Virus record (IMG/VR): IMGVR_UViG_3300023202_000205
Location: 96,001 to 160,000 of that record
DNA from: a virus
Strand: one strand, 5' to 3'
Length of the DNA stretch: 64,000 bases
Position 1 is the stretch's first letter, and every line of letters starts with the position of its first letter. This document shows, piece by piece, positions 40,194-51,637 of this stretch. A program made the position numbers and the translations under genes. The notes under the pieces are model-generated. The model was given only the letters and a program-made list of their open reading frames with translations. It was not told the DNA's origin and did no database searches.

Positions 40194-40722
40194 ACTCCAA
40201 GAGTGTCAGGATGGTGACGCTGCGGTCACCAGGATACTGGGTGTAGTCACATTCAAAGTTGTTTGGTCGATCATCCTCAATGACCCCCTGCTCGATCAAG
40301 CAGTCGATAAGGGGTTTGGTTCCACCGACCATGTTGGCGAAGTCCATCTCCCTATTGGGGTGTTTGTAGATGCGTTCGACACTCCACCTCGACCAAGGCA
40401 GGTAGAGTCCTCTGTAAGCGCGGAAACGAAGTCCTACTCTCTCAAGCCAGTCCTTTTTGTCAGACCGGTAACGGGACCAATGACTGTAAGTTGAACTGTT
40501 CTGACTCCTAACGAGGCGATCGAAACAGACAGTTAGAGGCAGCCCTGGCTTCTCTTTGGGCTTAGCAAAGCTAGTCGCCTTCTTTTTACGTCCCTTGCTT
40601 TTGGCGGAGCAGCAACGCTGGATAGCCCTGGTCAGCGCCTTCAAAGATGACTGACCATGCTGCGCTCCACATGTAGGGCACGCGGCACTCAGCGTGTGAG
40701 TGTTTTCAACAGATGTTCCCAT
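40168..40722 (-). CDS. RusA-like endodeoxyribonuclease with N-terminal Zn ribbon
   Basis: CPTC...CC; DxxN..GxxKPLIDCL...GVIEDD. Confidence 0.7.
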   Translation of the reverse strand: MGTSVENTHTLSAACPTCGAQHGQSSLKALTRAIQRCCSAKSKGRKKKATSFAKPKEKPGLPLTVCFDRLVRSQNSSTYSHWSRYRSDKKDWLERVGLRFRAYRGLYLPWSRWSVERIYKHPNREMDFANMVGGTKPLIDCLIEQGVIEDDRPNNFECDYTQYPGDRSVTILTLLEYADERPPP

Positions 40723-43700
40723 AGCGCCGTCAGACTGTAGATGGTGGATACGAAAGCAGGAGGGTGCTCGACAGTAACTTCTCGGAGAGTCGCTAGATCC
40801 AGTACACGGATCCGATCGTCTGGGTCCGGGAGGAACAGGTGGTCACCATTGACGATCGCCACAGCACCCTCCTTCAAGTCTTCGTCAGGTAGTTTGCGGA
40901 GATGGGACATCACCCGCATCACAATTGGCCACCGGAGACCACCTAGTGACATAAGTATCGCTGCTGTAGCAATTACCATGTCTCTTACTCTGGGCTCTTC
41001 CGGGTCCTCCGCAACGTTTTCCAGCGCTGCCCGAAAATCCGCCTCACTCTCAACGAGACGGATAGCCATGAGCCATTGCAACACTATATCAGCAGATTCT
41101 TGTTGCGGCATCTCAGGCATGGTTTTACGGTCAGACACGGTCTACCTCAAACCGGCCGAGTCAGGCGGAATTCTTGCTCGTAGGCCGTTACGCCGCTATC
41201 TCGGTCGCTCGGCTCGTTGAACACGGGGCGAGGACCTCCTCGGATCTCCATCCCATATCCTGGCGCATTCTTCTTCACCCAGTTGTTCATGAGGTCATTT
41301 TTGACCTGAACGGACCTGAGATAGTGAAGGATAGCGTTGGCCGGCTGGTCTTCGGCCACCTCGATCCGGACCGTGAGAGTCACGGTATGGCCCTCAGCGT
41401 CGCTGGACTCGACTGTGAAGGGGAACTGTGCAGTGGTCATGCTGTCTCCATAGCTGTTGAACAGCTAGATTGCAAGAGCCAGCACTAAAAGTCAATCCTC
41501 TTCTATGTCCAGGAACACGAAACCTGGCGGCAGCCGCCACTCCTGTGGCGATAGAGACTCCAAGACCGAAAATTCACGGGTCACAACGTTCCCGCGCGGG
41601 TCGGTTACAATCAGCCGTTTTCGAAGCATATCAGACGTGATGTGCTTTTTCACCTCTTCCAGGTCGGATTGGACCTGCCTCTGTCGATCCTCTATGTGTG
41701 CAACTATATCCATACCAAACACATAGAGAAACTCAGGGAAAGTAAACAGCCCCCTGGGTGTCCGAACAAACCGTATATTGGCTGAGGTAAGCACGACATT
41801 GTAAGCCCACGAGCTGTTGATTTCGGCCTCATAGATAGGATCGAAATCCTCCATATGCCATTTGTTGTCCTGGTTGACTATGGCTGCCCACTTTCCCGCC
41901 GCCATACAGAACGCTTGATAGGTGTCGCCTCCGATACTCTCAGACGAACGACGAAGGTGCAGTTTATCTTGGTCGGAAAAATGCTTCGCAAGCTCGCCGA
42001 TAAAGGTCTCTTCCCCAGGTTGGGAACCCAATAGCGCGTCGATGAACTCCTTCGACAAGTTGGAAGGTAGTTCGTAGGGGGGTGCTCCGGCAATGGTGAT
42101 CGCCCCCTCTGCAAGGTCTAGTTGACCCATTTACTCTTTTTCCTCCTCTTTTGTTTGTTTTTTAGGGGACTTAGCACCATATTGTGCTGGCGGGTCCCGC
42201 TTCTTATGCGTCTGGCCGTATCGTAGCTCGAACCGAGCTTCCTCCAAATTGGCGATACGGCAGTGGGAGAGCCTTCCAAGGATGCCTAACGTATCTTCCA
42301 TCAAAAACGAGAGGCGCGCTATTTCCTCTGCTACTTCTTCGTGGCTCGCATCCTTGCTAAGTTCCCTCAAGCAGTGGCGCAGCTGAAAGCTGGCCGATCT
42401 AAGTACGATATGCCGAATACGTTTCATGGTCGAGAGTATTCGTATCGCCCTCAGAATGCGGGTCTGTACCCGCTCCAGCTCTCTACGGAGTTCAGAAGGT
42501 GGTCGGGCAACATACTCAATCCGGTTCTTCCCATCGTTGTAGATGATATCCACTTTTTTAGGAGCTCGTCGTTTCGCCATCAAAGCCCCCGTGGAATGCT
42601 GAGTCGGTCTGCGTGTATACGGCCACCCATCGCAACCTCAACGAGAGAAACCACTTCGAACGGAGCCAACTGTCCGCGCACGACAGCTAGTACTTCCTCA
42701 GAACGGATAAGATTGGCTAGCGCCTGAAGGCCTTCTTCATCGTCGGAATAGTCAAACAAGTGTGGCTGTGCCCGGTCAGTGACTGCGAAGGCGAACAGCC
42801 TGCTATCCGCTGGAGAGGCCAGTTGAAACTTGGGGGCACATCCAAAACTGTGCCCCTTTCTTGTACCCTGAAAAGGCAGGTTCATACGTGGTCGAAGACG
42901 CTCCACTATACCTCCCGTATCCGCAACCCAAGGTGGAGTGGGTCCAGCCGTAAGCCCGATTCTCGAGTAACAACGGCCACGCGGCGACTGGTCAAGCACT
43001 CTGGGAGTAGTAGCGTAACCGATACCCCTGTACGCTCTTTGAGGAACGGGTCGGCTATCCGCGTGTCATGTATGTGAAGCGCCCATTCCAGTTTTCTCAG
43101 TGGGTCGTTAAACTGAAAGGTCTGTATGAACTCAGCAAAGCCTACCGCTGTCTCAGGGGGAATACCCTGGACTGTGTAAAACCACGGATTTGTCGTGATG
43201 TCTGCCCCATCAAATAACGAAATCGGCTTTTCCGATCGATAGGTAGTGACGGGAATCTCTTCATCGAGATGCTTGGCGTAAAGCTCGAAAAGAGAACGAT
43301 CCATGCCAAGCATGCAGTAAGCGAGTGCTGGAAAGAACCAAGCCTGCTCCTTGGAAAGCTGCTTGGGTGGTGGTTCCAGGTTCTCAACGTGGGCTGGTCG
43401 TAGGTCCTCGGCCGTCTCGTGTCCTCGAGGAACTCCGGACTCCCGGCTCAGGATTTCCTGAGCCTGGCGAGCCTCATCAGGGTTCTCGATGGCCGGAGGG
43501 TTCTCTGTCCAGGACAGGTCTTCCGACATATACCCGCTCCCTATTGTAGCTGGCATTGCACTCCCAAATGGTGCAACGACATTCGGAACAGTATATGTCT
43601 TTGTCAAAAGGACAAGAGTATTGTCCAATAGTGTTCTCGCGAACACTATCAAGATCCACCTCAAAACGCATACGACGCCGGAGAATAGCCAAGTTCGACC

Positions 43701-45760
43701 GCTTCATCTTGGGGTCGACCCGCCAATCTTCGAAGTCCAGCTCCAGAGGGTTCCTATCCGAAGTAGTCAGATAGCCCCAGAAACGAAGCCCCACAAACCT
43801 CTCTACATCGTAGTCATACGGCAGCTTCCGGGAGTACCCAATCTGATAGGCCAACCAGGCCATCCAGGGTTCTGGGAACTTCTTCTTGAGCAGGTGGCCC
43901 GCAGGGTGCCCAGTCAGGCAGTAGAACGTGACCTGGACCCCCGCTTGGCCGTTCCTCCAAGGACAGTGCTCAACGCTGTAAGCTTCCAAGGCGACCCACT
44001 CGTCACGAGTAGGTGTGTCGAACAGGTGGAGCACGCCAATATCTAGCTCGTCCTTCCGCGCTATCAACTGGCGTGCTAACAGGTTACACCATTTATTGGT
44101 AAGTACCTTGTTCTCGTACTGCATCAGCGTCTGGAAGATACGATCCGGATTAGGGCTGTTCTTCAGGGCGAAGTGCAGATTATGCGCCAACCTCTTACAG
44201 AGGGTGGCGGTCAGCGGCTCATCGATGAACTTGTGGAACATATCCACTGCATCGGCGTGAGCCGCGTCCAAGTTCTCCAACTTGTTCCTAGGAAGCTTGG
44301 GAAGCACCATGTCAGGGTGTTTCGTCAGGGACTTCGGTAGCGTTGAGCTCCTCCTCGATACCCCTGAGCAGTTCGTTCATCGGCTCCATCAGGGCTTGGG
44401 CATTCGCCTTCAGGCTACGGAGGTGATCGTAATAGCGGCCTTGAGCGGCGTCGCTGTCGAACCCGAGCTGGGCCGATTCTCGTAAAACGATGAACGCGTT
44501 GGGGATACCGGAACTGGCCTTGGTAACAGCCTTCTCCACATCCCTGATTGCCTTCAACGGGTTGGTCACGGTCCGCTCGGTGATCGTCGGACGACCCGTA
44601 GCAGTTGCACGATCGGGTCGTTCAGCAGCTCCTTCGTCTACCGGGGCCTCTTCGGCAGTCTCGCCTTCCTCGACAGAGCCTTCGGTGAGATCTTCGATCT
44701 CCACCTCCTCGACTCCCTCTGCTTCTTCGCCTCCTTCACGGGTGGTACGGGACTCTTCGGCAGCGGCCGTAGCTGCGCTGGCGATCCTGCGCTGATTGAT
44801 GGTCTTCACCAACTCGTCCAGCTCCCTACTGGAGATCACATGACCATCTTGGATCATTTGGCTCTCAGCTTCCTGACGAACCTCCTCCGAGAACTGTAGT
44901 AGCTTCTTGGCATGGGTTACGGAGAACCCGCGCTTGGAGAGCTCCTCCAGCTTGGCTATGTCAGGGTAAGTCTCGAAGAGCGCCTTGGCCCAGTAGAGCC
45001 AGCGACGTACATCCATGATCTCCGTCAGGACACCTTCTTCTTGAAGGTCTTCAGCCAGCTTATCAGCGCTGGCATCCCCGTACTTGTTACGTTCGAGACC
45101 CTGCATGAACTCCGCAAAGAGACTGCCGATGGTATGATACCGTTTCAGGTTCGCTCCCTCGACTGCCCGACATCCGTCGGCAATCTTGGATACCAAAGCC
45201 TGGTAACGTCGTTCCGGCATGCTAAGTGTTCCGGCCATTTACTGTTGCTCCTGAAAGAGGTTGCCGTACCGCTCTGAGAAGAACCCAGACATCGGTACAA
45301 TAGAGAATGCCACGTGCCGAGCGGCTACGTGAAGATGTGTGATAGACGCTGTAATGTCAGCATGCATCGGGTAACCCAGAGCAGCCAACCTACCTATCTC
45401 ATAACATTTAAAGACCAGGCAGAATGTTTTCTCACTGTCGCTTATTCGGTCTTTCTCTTCATCAAGCTTTTCAATGAAAAGTTGGGTAACAGGGCTCTTA
45501 TTTGGTTTGGTGTAAATTTCACGAAAGTTGAACGAAAAACACCTACCTGTTACAATGTGGATCGGAATCAAATCCTGTTCGTTAAACCAATCGAAACCGA
45601 ACGCAGGGCCGTATTCATAGGAAAGACTTCTTACCTTCTTAGGCGGGTACCCCAGTTGCTGGAGTATGAGCTTTAACGTCGACTGTTCGAAAGCCTCCTC
45701 TCGCTCCTCACTGGTGCGTTCAAAGGCTTTCAAAAAGTCGTCAGGCTCAGACTCAGACAT
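40689..45760 (-). other. hypothetical genes 40689-41138, 41147-41440, 41492-42130, 42131-42583, 42906-43530, 43477-44310, 44312-45238, 45239-45760
   Basis: Coupled co-oriented ORFs; no family recognised with confidence. Confidence 0.6.
43631..43646. promoter_or_regulatory. palindromic box, copy 7 (inside the 3' end of 43477-44310)
   Basis: ATAGTGTTCTCGCGAACACTAT. Confidence 0.6.
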
Positions 45761-46995
45761 TACTTCTTACCTTTTTTCTTCTCCGACAGTTTGCCGGCTT
45801 CGAAGTCGATGTCTGCCGTTTGAATGGACGGAAACTCCGTAATATTGAGGAAGTTCGACAACCGATCACGTGTTTCGATATCGTCCTCAATGCTCCTCCC
45901 GAAAGCGTAATAGCTGGCCCCATCCAGGTCTAGCTGCTTACACTTGATGCTGTTCTTCTTCTGTTCGGTGAAGTCCAGGATCTCGGCCAGCCGCTCTTTG
46001 TCTTCTTTGAAAAACTTGGGCTTGAACTTGTCGTTGTACTTCATGTTCACCAACAAGTTGCCCAAAGCACCATACCAATCAAACCACATGGCTTGCCTGG
46101 TACTCCCATCTTCCTGGGGGACATGCTGCCAGCAGAGTGGTACCATGAGACTACGGTCCCCTGGTCCAACACAGGATCGGGCAGTCCGTATCCACATCTC
46201 ATACCCTTCAACAGCCGTCCCTTCAAACGGGGCTGAGTCATCCTTGGCTTTACGGAAGGCACCTCCTTTATTGATACGAAGGTGGGTTGAGCAAGAAAAC
46301 TGAGCTGCGGTAGCCCCCTTCTCCTTGTACTGCGTTCCGTAACCAGTCTGCTCCATCGACTTCTTCATATGCTGGACCCAAGCCACCGAGCACGTGGTCC
46401 CGAGAAGGTTGAGTGTCTCCAAGAAGTTGGTTACCTGCAAACTCGCTACGGGAAACCCGCGCTCAGCAGCGGAACCCTCCTTACGAAGAGTCCTGTCTGC
46501 CTCGTCCGTAGACCTGGCCATTAGGGAGTCGATGGTTACGAAGATTGGCTCTCGCTTGTTCTTTTCCTTGTTCCCCATATTGCGAGAGTGCTCGACAGCC
46601 CTAGTAACCATTGTCTGCCACTCGCCTATGGAGCCACATACCTTATAAGCTCTTTTTTTCTGTTCGGCTATACCATTCCACCAAGTCATGGCGTCCAGCA
46701 TAGTTGGGGAAGTTTTGTTCTCTGTATCCAGCAACAGATGGACACCATTGTCTCTAATGAACCAATTGCCTAACTCAACGGCGAGTGTTGATTTAAATGA
46801 CTTCTCCTCTCCACTCAGTCCGTAATATCGCTGACTGGGGAGTATAGAGGACCCGCCTATCAGCCACTGGAAAGCCAAGTAAGGTATTTCCACACCCCAG
46901 GTATGCTGGGCGTGGTCCCCCTGCAGGTAAGCCTTAGAGGAAGTAGAATGCTTGTTGAGGTCCGCGATAAGGCCGCTGACTATATCGTCGCTCAT
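45760..46995 (-). CDS. divergent RecA/UvsX-like recombinase
   Basis: Walker A GEEKSFKST, LDTE, VTIDSL, xQH; adjacent to the SSB-like gene. Confidence 0.7.
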   Translation of the reverse strand: MSDDIVSGLIADLNKHSTSSKAYLQGDHAQHTWGVEIPYLAFQWLIGGSSILPSQRYYGLSGEEKSFKSTLAVELGNWFIRDNGVHLLLDTENKTSPTMLDAMTWWNGIAEQKKRAYKVCGSIGEWQTMVTRAVEHSRNMGNKEKNKREPIFVTIDSLMARSTDEADRTLRKEGSAAERGFPVASLQVTNFLETLNLLGTTCSVAWVQHMKKSMEQTGYGTQYKEKGATAAQFSCSTHLRINKGGAFRKAKDDSAPFEGTAVEGYEMWIRTARSCVGPGDRSLMVPLCWQHVPQEDGSTRQAMWFDWYGALGNLLVNMKYNDKFKPKFFKEDKERLAEILDFTEQKKNSIKCKQLDLDGASYYAFGRSIEDDIETRDRLSNFLNITEFPSIQTADIDFEAGKLSEKKKGKK

Positions 46996-47055
46996 GAATA
47001 CTCCTCATAAGTAACTGCGTGGGCACAGACGGTTGTACCCACGCAGGTAGCTGGT

Positions 47056-48183
47056 TCAGATGTCCCCGTCGAGCAAGTCCTCGTAGAACTTCGCTTTGTC
47101 TTCGGCGGAAGTCGGTTCGCCAGCGTTCCCCGACTCACCAGCGTCCGAGGGTGTACTGGACACCTTGGAAGAACGCCCCTCATCGCCTGAACTACTGTCG
47201 AGAGGGTTGGTCAAATCCTCATCCAACTCGATCTGCAAGGAAGTGTCGGCCGTGCCTTCTGATCCCTGAGTTGACGGGCCCTGGCCCGGCAGATCGTCTC
47301 CCGCAGGAGGCGTGTAACCGGTCTGAGCAGGGGTAGCCGCACCCTGGCCAAACACCCTTTCATAGTCATCGGGGAACGCGAACTCGACGATGCTACGGCC
47401 AAAACAGGCAACAGCAGCGCGAAGCTGTTCGTCGAAAGTCCTGATCTTCAAAGCCTTATCCCAAGGAACCCAGAGCTCCTTGCATTTCTGGGCTGGAAGC
47501 GGAATTTTATCCCCCAGCTCGGCGTTGAAGATCTTGATCTTGCGGTTCATCTTCTGCTCTTCTGGAGTCAGGATGATCGCCCTGCCCTCCTCCGGGCTGA
47601 AGATATCCAGGTCGCGCTTATTGGCTTCTAGCAGAACCTCGCTAACCGACTCAGCAGCTGTAGTGGTCAGAAACACCACTTGCTTGGTTTTGACCTTATC
47701 CAGCTTTTCATCATTAAACTGGATGACCAAGGCTTGGAGAAGCGCCATGTCCGGAGTCGGCCGCAACTGAGCTTCCATACCTCCATCAAGGATGGCGTCC
47801 ACCCGCTCCTTGATGTGGGAGGGCAGTTGGTTCTTCTTCTGCCGACCACGAAGCCGGATGAAAAGGCCAGGAAACACCATATTCACATGGTCGTCTTCCC
47901 TACGATCGGAGGAACGGGCGATACCGCTGAATCGACTATCGATGCCTGCATTGATCGTAACCGGTTCTATCCGGAAATTACTGAAGTCAGGCCCAGATGG
48001 CGTCATCGAGTTCAGCATAGGGCGTATCGAGCCGTCCTCCGCGATCTCTGGGATAGGCCGAATGATCGTCACACCTTTGTTGGTGCTCGGACGCGCTGCG
48101 TTTGCGTACTCTTCATGAACACACGCATTGAAGAAGTTTTTATCTCCTTCTTGCTTGTCGTTCATGCGATTGATTACTGCCAC
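47056..48183 (-). CDS. putative single-stranded DNA-binding protein (gp32-like)
   Basis: IIRPIP near the N-terminus, acidic flexible tail ending DLLDGDI, position between polymerase and recombinase. Confidence 0.5.
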   Translation of the reverse strand: MAVINRMNDKQEGDKNFFNACVHEEYANAARPSTNKGVTIIRPIPEIAEDGSIRPMLNSMTPSGPDFSNFRIEPVTINAGIDSRFSGIARSSDRREDDHVNMVFPGLFIRLRGRQKKNQLPSHIKERVDAILDGGMEAQLRPTPDMALLQALVIQFNDEKLDKVKTKQVVFLTTTAAESVSEVLLEANKRDLDIFSPEEGRAIILTPEEQKMNRKIKIFNAELGDKIPLPAQKCKELWVPWDKALKIRTFDEQLRAAVACFGRSIVEFAFPDDYERVFGQGAATPAQTGYTPPAGDDLPGQGPSTQGSEGTADTSLQIELDEDLTNPLDSSSGDEGRSSKVSSTPSDAGESGNAGEPTSAEDKAKFYEDLLDGDI

Positions 48184-48335
48184 TCTATCTCCTTAGATTT
48201 GTGGTCTGGTTGATTGTATGCTTGCGGTAAACAAGCAGGAAGTGCTGGACAAACGATACTACATCTCTTTCGGGCGTGTCCATAGGTTCTATGGGACCTA
48301 CCGTAGGTAGCTGCCCCCACAGCTACATATAGTAG

Positions 48336-51300
48336 CTACGTAGCAGAAGTAACGTAGAGGCTCCTGTACTCCTCCATGTCTTTCTCCTTTTCTGGGTCGT
48401 AACCCTTGTCACTCCAACGATGTGGGAAAATCTCCACATCGACCCCTAGGTAGTGCTCGGTGCCCGGTAGCTTATTTTCGTACCCCATACAACTATAGAT
48501 CAACGATAGCGCTTTGGGTACGTCCTCATACTTGATCTCGAATAAGAAGGCGTCGTGAACGGGTAGGAGTATTTCCATACCCGGAGCAGCCCCCTCTCTC
48601 CGCATATCTCGGAGCTTCCGATGCAACATGACTCCCGCTTGAGCAAGTAGGTCGGCAACCGCTCCTTGAATCGGGCTATTCTTGGCTTCGCGTCTAACAG
48701 CCGCCTGATCCCACTCGCTCATCTGGTTAGCGCCTTGGAAGTAACGCCGCCTATTAAACGCGTTCTCTATGTATTCCTGCTTAACGGCTTTGTCGCTATT
48801 TTTGACAAGCCATTCCCAGGCCTCAGGAAAAGACTTGGCCAACCCATTGATAATCGCCTGGGTATCTTCCGGGCTAACAGGGTCAGAGACCACCTTATTG
48901 ATCTCCCGGGCTAAGGCTGCCGCACCCCTTCCGTACATAACGCCAAAGTTCACCGACTTGGCTGCAATGCGGAGAGCACTGTACTTCTTTTTGATATTTG
49001 ATGACCATGCGTCGTAAGTTGCTTTGTCGCCAGAATCTATAGCGGCAATGGCCGCTGGTAGATCCTCCAATTCAGGGAGTTTAAAAGCGGTAGCACAGAC
49101 TTCGCTATGTAGATCTCTTCCCTTCTGAACGACTTCGATAAGGGCTGGATCACCACTTACATAGGCCCAGATGCAAAGCTCCGCAGTCGCAAAGTCAGCC
49201 TCGATTAGACAGTATCCTGGGCGGGATACGAAGCACGACGCGAATTTGGGGACGTTGATACGGTCTTCCGGCTCAATGCGGTCAGGCCCCTGGTACGGCT
49301 CTTTACCGGGTAACCAATTACCGTTTTCGTCTGTCTCCCCATCATAGGTACGTTTCTCGTAGTCCTCTATAGAGCACTCAAAAGTATGCTCAACCAGAGC
49401 CTCGAACGCAGCTGCTTCTTGCTTCTTAGGCTTGGTTTGCAAGTTCGCCTTGGAAGAAGAATACCTACCAGTGGTAGTCAACTGACTTAGGCGTGTCCTG
49501 ACCCTGCCGTCGGACCAGATATTGTTGTGGAACCCTTTACCGTCTTCCGGTACGCCAAACTCATTGGCTATCTGAGGTGCCAAATAAGTTGAAAGAAACT
49601 TGCCGATGACCGACAAGTGCTTCAACAAGCGAAGGATTCTGATATCTGAGTTATCGGAGTGAAGGAGGTCCAGCGCTTCTGCACTAACTGCCGGGGTGTG
49701 GTATTCTTCTTCGCCTTCTTCCAGGATTTGTTTCCAGTCCTTAGGGTACTTGTCCGTGTTGAACAATGGTTGCAAACCAAGCGTATGGGCACCTTCAGGA
49801 GGCGTTTTAGCATTCTTGTACTTATGCCCATAATAGAGCAGCATCTTGATCTGCTCATCGCTTGCTGGATTGAGTGACGGCCAGTTAGCTTCCTCCCTTA
49901 CCCTCACTAAAAGGTCGGAGTATACCGGCTCATAGATGTCCCTCAGTTTGGACCGCTGTTCCTCATCTATCAGAATGCCCTGTCGTTCCACCTGGTAGAG
50001 ATGCCAACTCGTTGGGGCCACGTGACGGAAGTAGAGACGTTTAAGCGTTTCGGTCTGATTGAGCTCCTTTAACAGCTCCAGCGCTACCTGCCAAGTCACG
50101 TCGGCATCGATCTGTGCATATGGAATCAATATTTCGTAAGGGATATCCCTATAACCGAACTGAAGATGCTTATTTCTTTTTCCAGTACTTTCTAGATACT
50201 CTTCCAGCTCCCTCCAAAAAGCCCCATACGAGGGGCAGTACTTACGCACCAAATGATCCAAACCCTGGCTCTCGTCACCATAGAGCAGGTGGTGAATCAG
50301 CATGGTATCAATACCGTCTTCGATGCGCTCGGTAATAGGGTACCCGTTTCGATCAAACTGCTCACAATCGACTCGTAGGTGCTGGGCGCAGATACGCCAG
50401 TTACGGTCTAGGAGTAGCTGCTGAACGGAATACCAAATCCGATGCCAGTCCTCCGGACTATGCATGACCTTACCGGCTTTGTAGAACTTCCCTTTATACT
50501 CGAAGTCATATTCGTGGAACTGCCTCCAAACGACCGCCTTCTCTTCCTTGGCAACATAGGCAGCATATCGCTTCTCGCCGCGCCTGGCGGAAGAGTCTTT
50601 CTCAGAAAAGAGTTTCCAAGGGTCTTTGTATTTTGCCTCGGCCCACTCTTCGAAGGACATCACGTCAGGGTGGGGTTTAACTACCTCGACCTGCTCGGTC
50701 AGTTGTATAAAGGCCGACGTTCTTGGTCCCCAGGATAGCTGAATAGACAGTGTCTCGTTGTGCTCTTCTCGGGCGTACCTATTACCAAACTCTGTATCGA
50801 ACGCAACCCAAGGCGGGTTTTCCTTTCGTATCTCCTGGCACAGGGCCTCTACTTCCTCGGCTGTTGCGCAGATACGATAGTCCATGCCGGAGTTTCTGCG
50901 GTGAAACAAGTCATCTTTGACTTCTCTCGCCCGAACGAGCTCTTTCCGAAATACGCTTATCTCGGCGTGCCCTCCTAGAAATGCGAAGGGGCTGTACGTT
51001 GGTATAACCTTTGTAGAGTGACCTCCGATTTCGTAATCCAGGACGTCACCCTGGTAAGTATCAAGTTTGGCTTTCCTACCGTAAAGGGCTTTTACTGCGT
51101 CAGCACCAAAGGCTATTATCACGTCTGGTTTACAATGTTCGATATCCGCCTGGAGGTAGGGCAGCCCCTCTTTTTTATGTCGCTGTTCATACTTATTTAG
51201 TGTACGGGGCAGTGTAAAACGACAAACGTGTGTTGCCACACACTCCCCTAGAAGGAGCCCCGCCCTTTTAAGCTCGTCTCTCAGGAACCTGCCTACCCTT

Positions 51301-51620
51301 GTCTTAGGATGTAGTACTGTGTGTTCTTCGACGTCCTTTGCATTAGGGCTGGGTAGAATAAGCATCACCCTAGTAGGTCGCCATCCCCGGGCTTCGCTTT
51401 TCTGGAGTTCCCGCTCCTCGGGCAGACTTGCTTTTGAGAAGGCTGTACCTACCCACCCACAGGGGAGGTGGTCAAGGTTACCCAACCGGTGTACCGGCAG
51501 GACGAGACTCTGATTGCAGACGAGCTCTATAAACTCGTCAGTATCGTAAGCCTCGTAATGTTGCTTACGGTATTCCTCGTGCTCCGGGGAGAGCACTGAC
51601 CGGGTAACTGGTGTTGGCAT
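48336..51620 (-). CDS. polA: family A DNA polymerase with N-terminal UDG-like domain and 3'-5' exonuclease
   Basis: AFDTE exo; TTTGRYSSSKANLQ; IEADFATAE motif A; RIAAKSVNFGVMYG motif B; VHDA motif C. Confidence 0.93.
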   Translation of the reverse strand: MPTPVTRSVLSPEHEEYRKQHYEAYDTDEFIELVCNQSLVLPVHRLGNLDHLPCGWVGTAFSKASLPEERELQKSEARGWRPTRVMLILPSPNAKDVEEHTVLHPKTRVGRFLRDELKRAGLLLGECVATHVCRFTLPRTLNKYEQRHKKEGLPYLQADIEHCKPDVIIAFGADAVKALYGRKAKLDTYQGDVLDYEIGGHSTKVIPTYSPFAFLGGHAEISVFRKELVRAREVKDDLFHRRNSGMDYRICATAEEVEALCQEIRKENPPWVAFDTEFGNRYAREEHNETLSIQLSWGPRTSAFIQLTEQVEVVKPHPDVMSFEEWAEAKYKDPWKLFSEKDSSARRGEKRYAAYVAKEEKAVVWRQFHEYDFEYKGKFYKAGKVMHSPEDWHRIWYSVQQLLLDRNWRICAQHLRVDCEQFDRNGYPITERIEDGIDTMLIHHLLYGDESQGLDHLVRKYCPSYGAFWRELEEYLESTGKRNKHLQFGYRDIPYEILIPYAQIDADVTWQVALELLKELNQTETLKRLYFRHVAPTSWHLYQVERQGILIDEEQRSKLRDIYEPVYSDLLVRVREEANWPSLNPASDEQIKMLLYYGHKYKNAKTPPEGAHTLGLQPLFNTDKYPKDWKQILEEGEEEYHTPAVSAEALDLLHSDNSDIRILRLLKHLSVIGKFLSTYLAPQIANEFGVPEDGKGFHNNIWSDGRVRTRLSQLTTTGRYSSSKANLQTKPKKQEAAAFEALVEHTFECSIEDYEKRTYDGETDENGNWLPGKEPYQGPDRIEPEDRINVPKFASCFVSRPGYCLIEADFATAELCIWAYVSGDPALIEVVQKGRDLHSEVCATAFKLPELEDLPAAIAAIDSGDKATYDAWSSNIKKKYSALRIAAKSVNFGVMYGRGAAALAREINKVVSDPVSPEDTQAIINGLAKSFPEAWEWLVKNSDKAVKQEYIENAFNRRRYFQGANQMSEWDQAAVRREAKNSPIQGAVADLLAQAGVMLHRKLRDMRREGAAPGMEILLPVHDAFLFEIKYEDVPKALSLIYSCMGYENKLPGTEHYLGVDVEIFPHRWSDKGYDPEKEKDMEEYRSLYVTSAT

Positions 51621-51637
51621 AGGTGCTCTCCTCTCCC

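Noticed and set aside
48276-48340. Three short palindromes between polymerase and SSB genes
   Set aside because: Stems of only about 6 bp with no U-tract or repeat elsewhere; not distinguishable from chance
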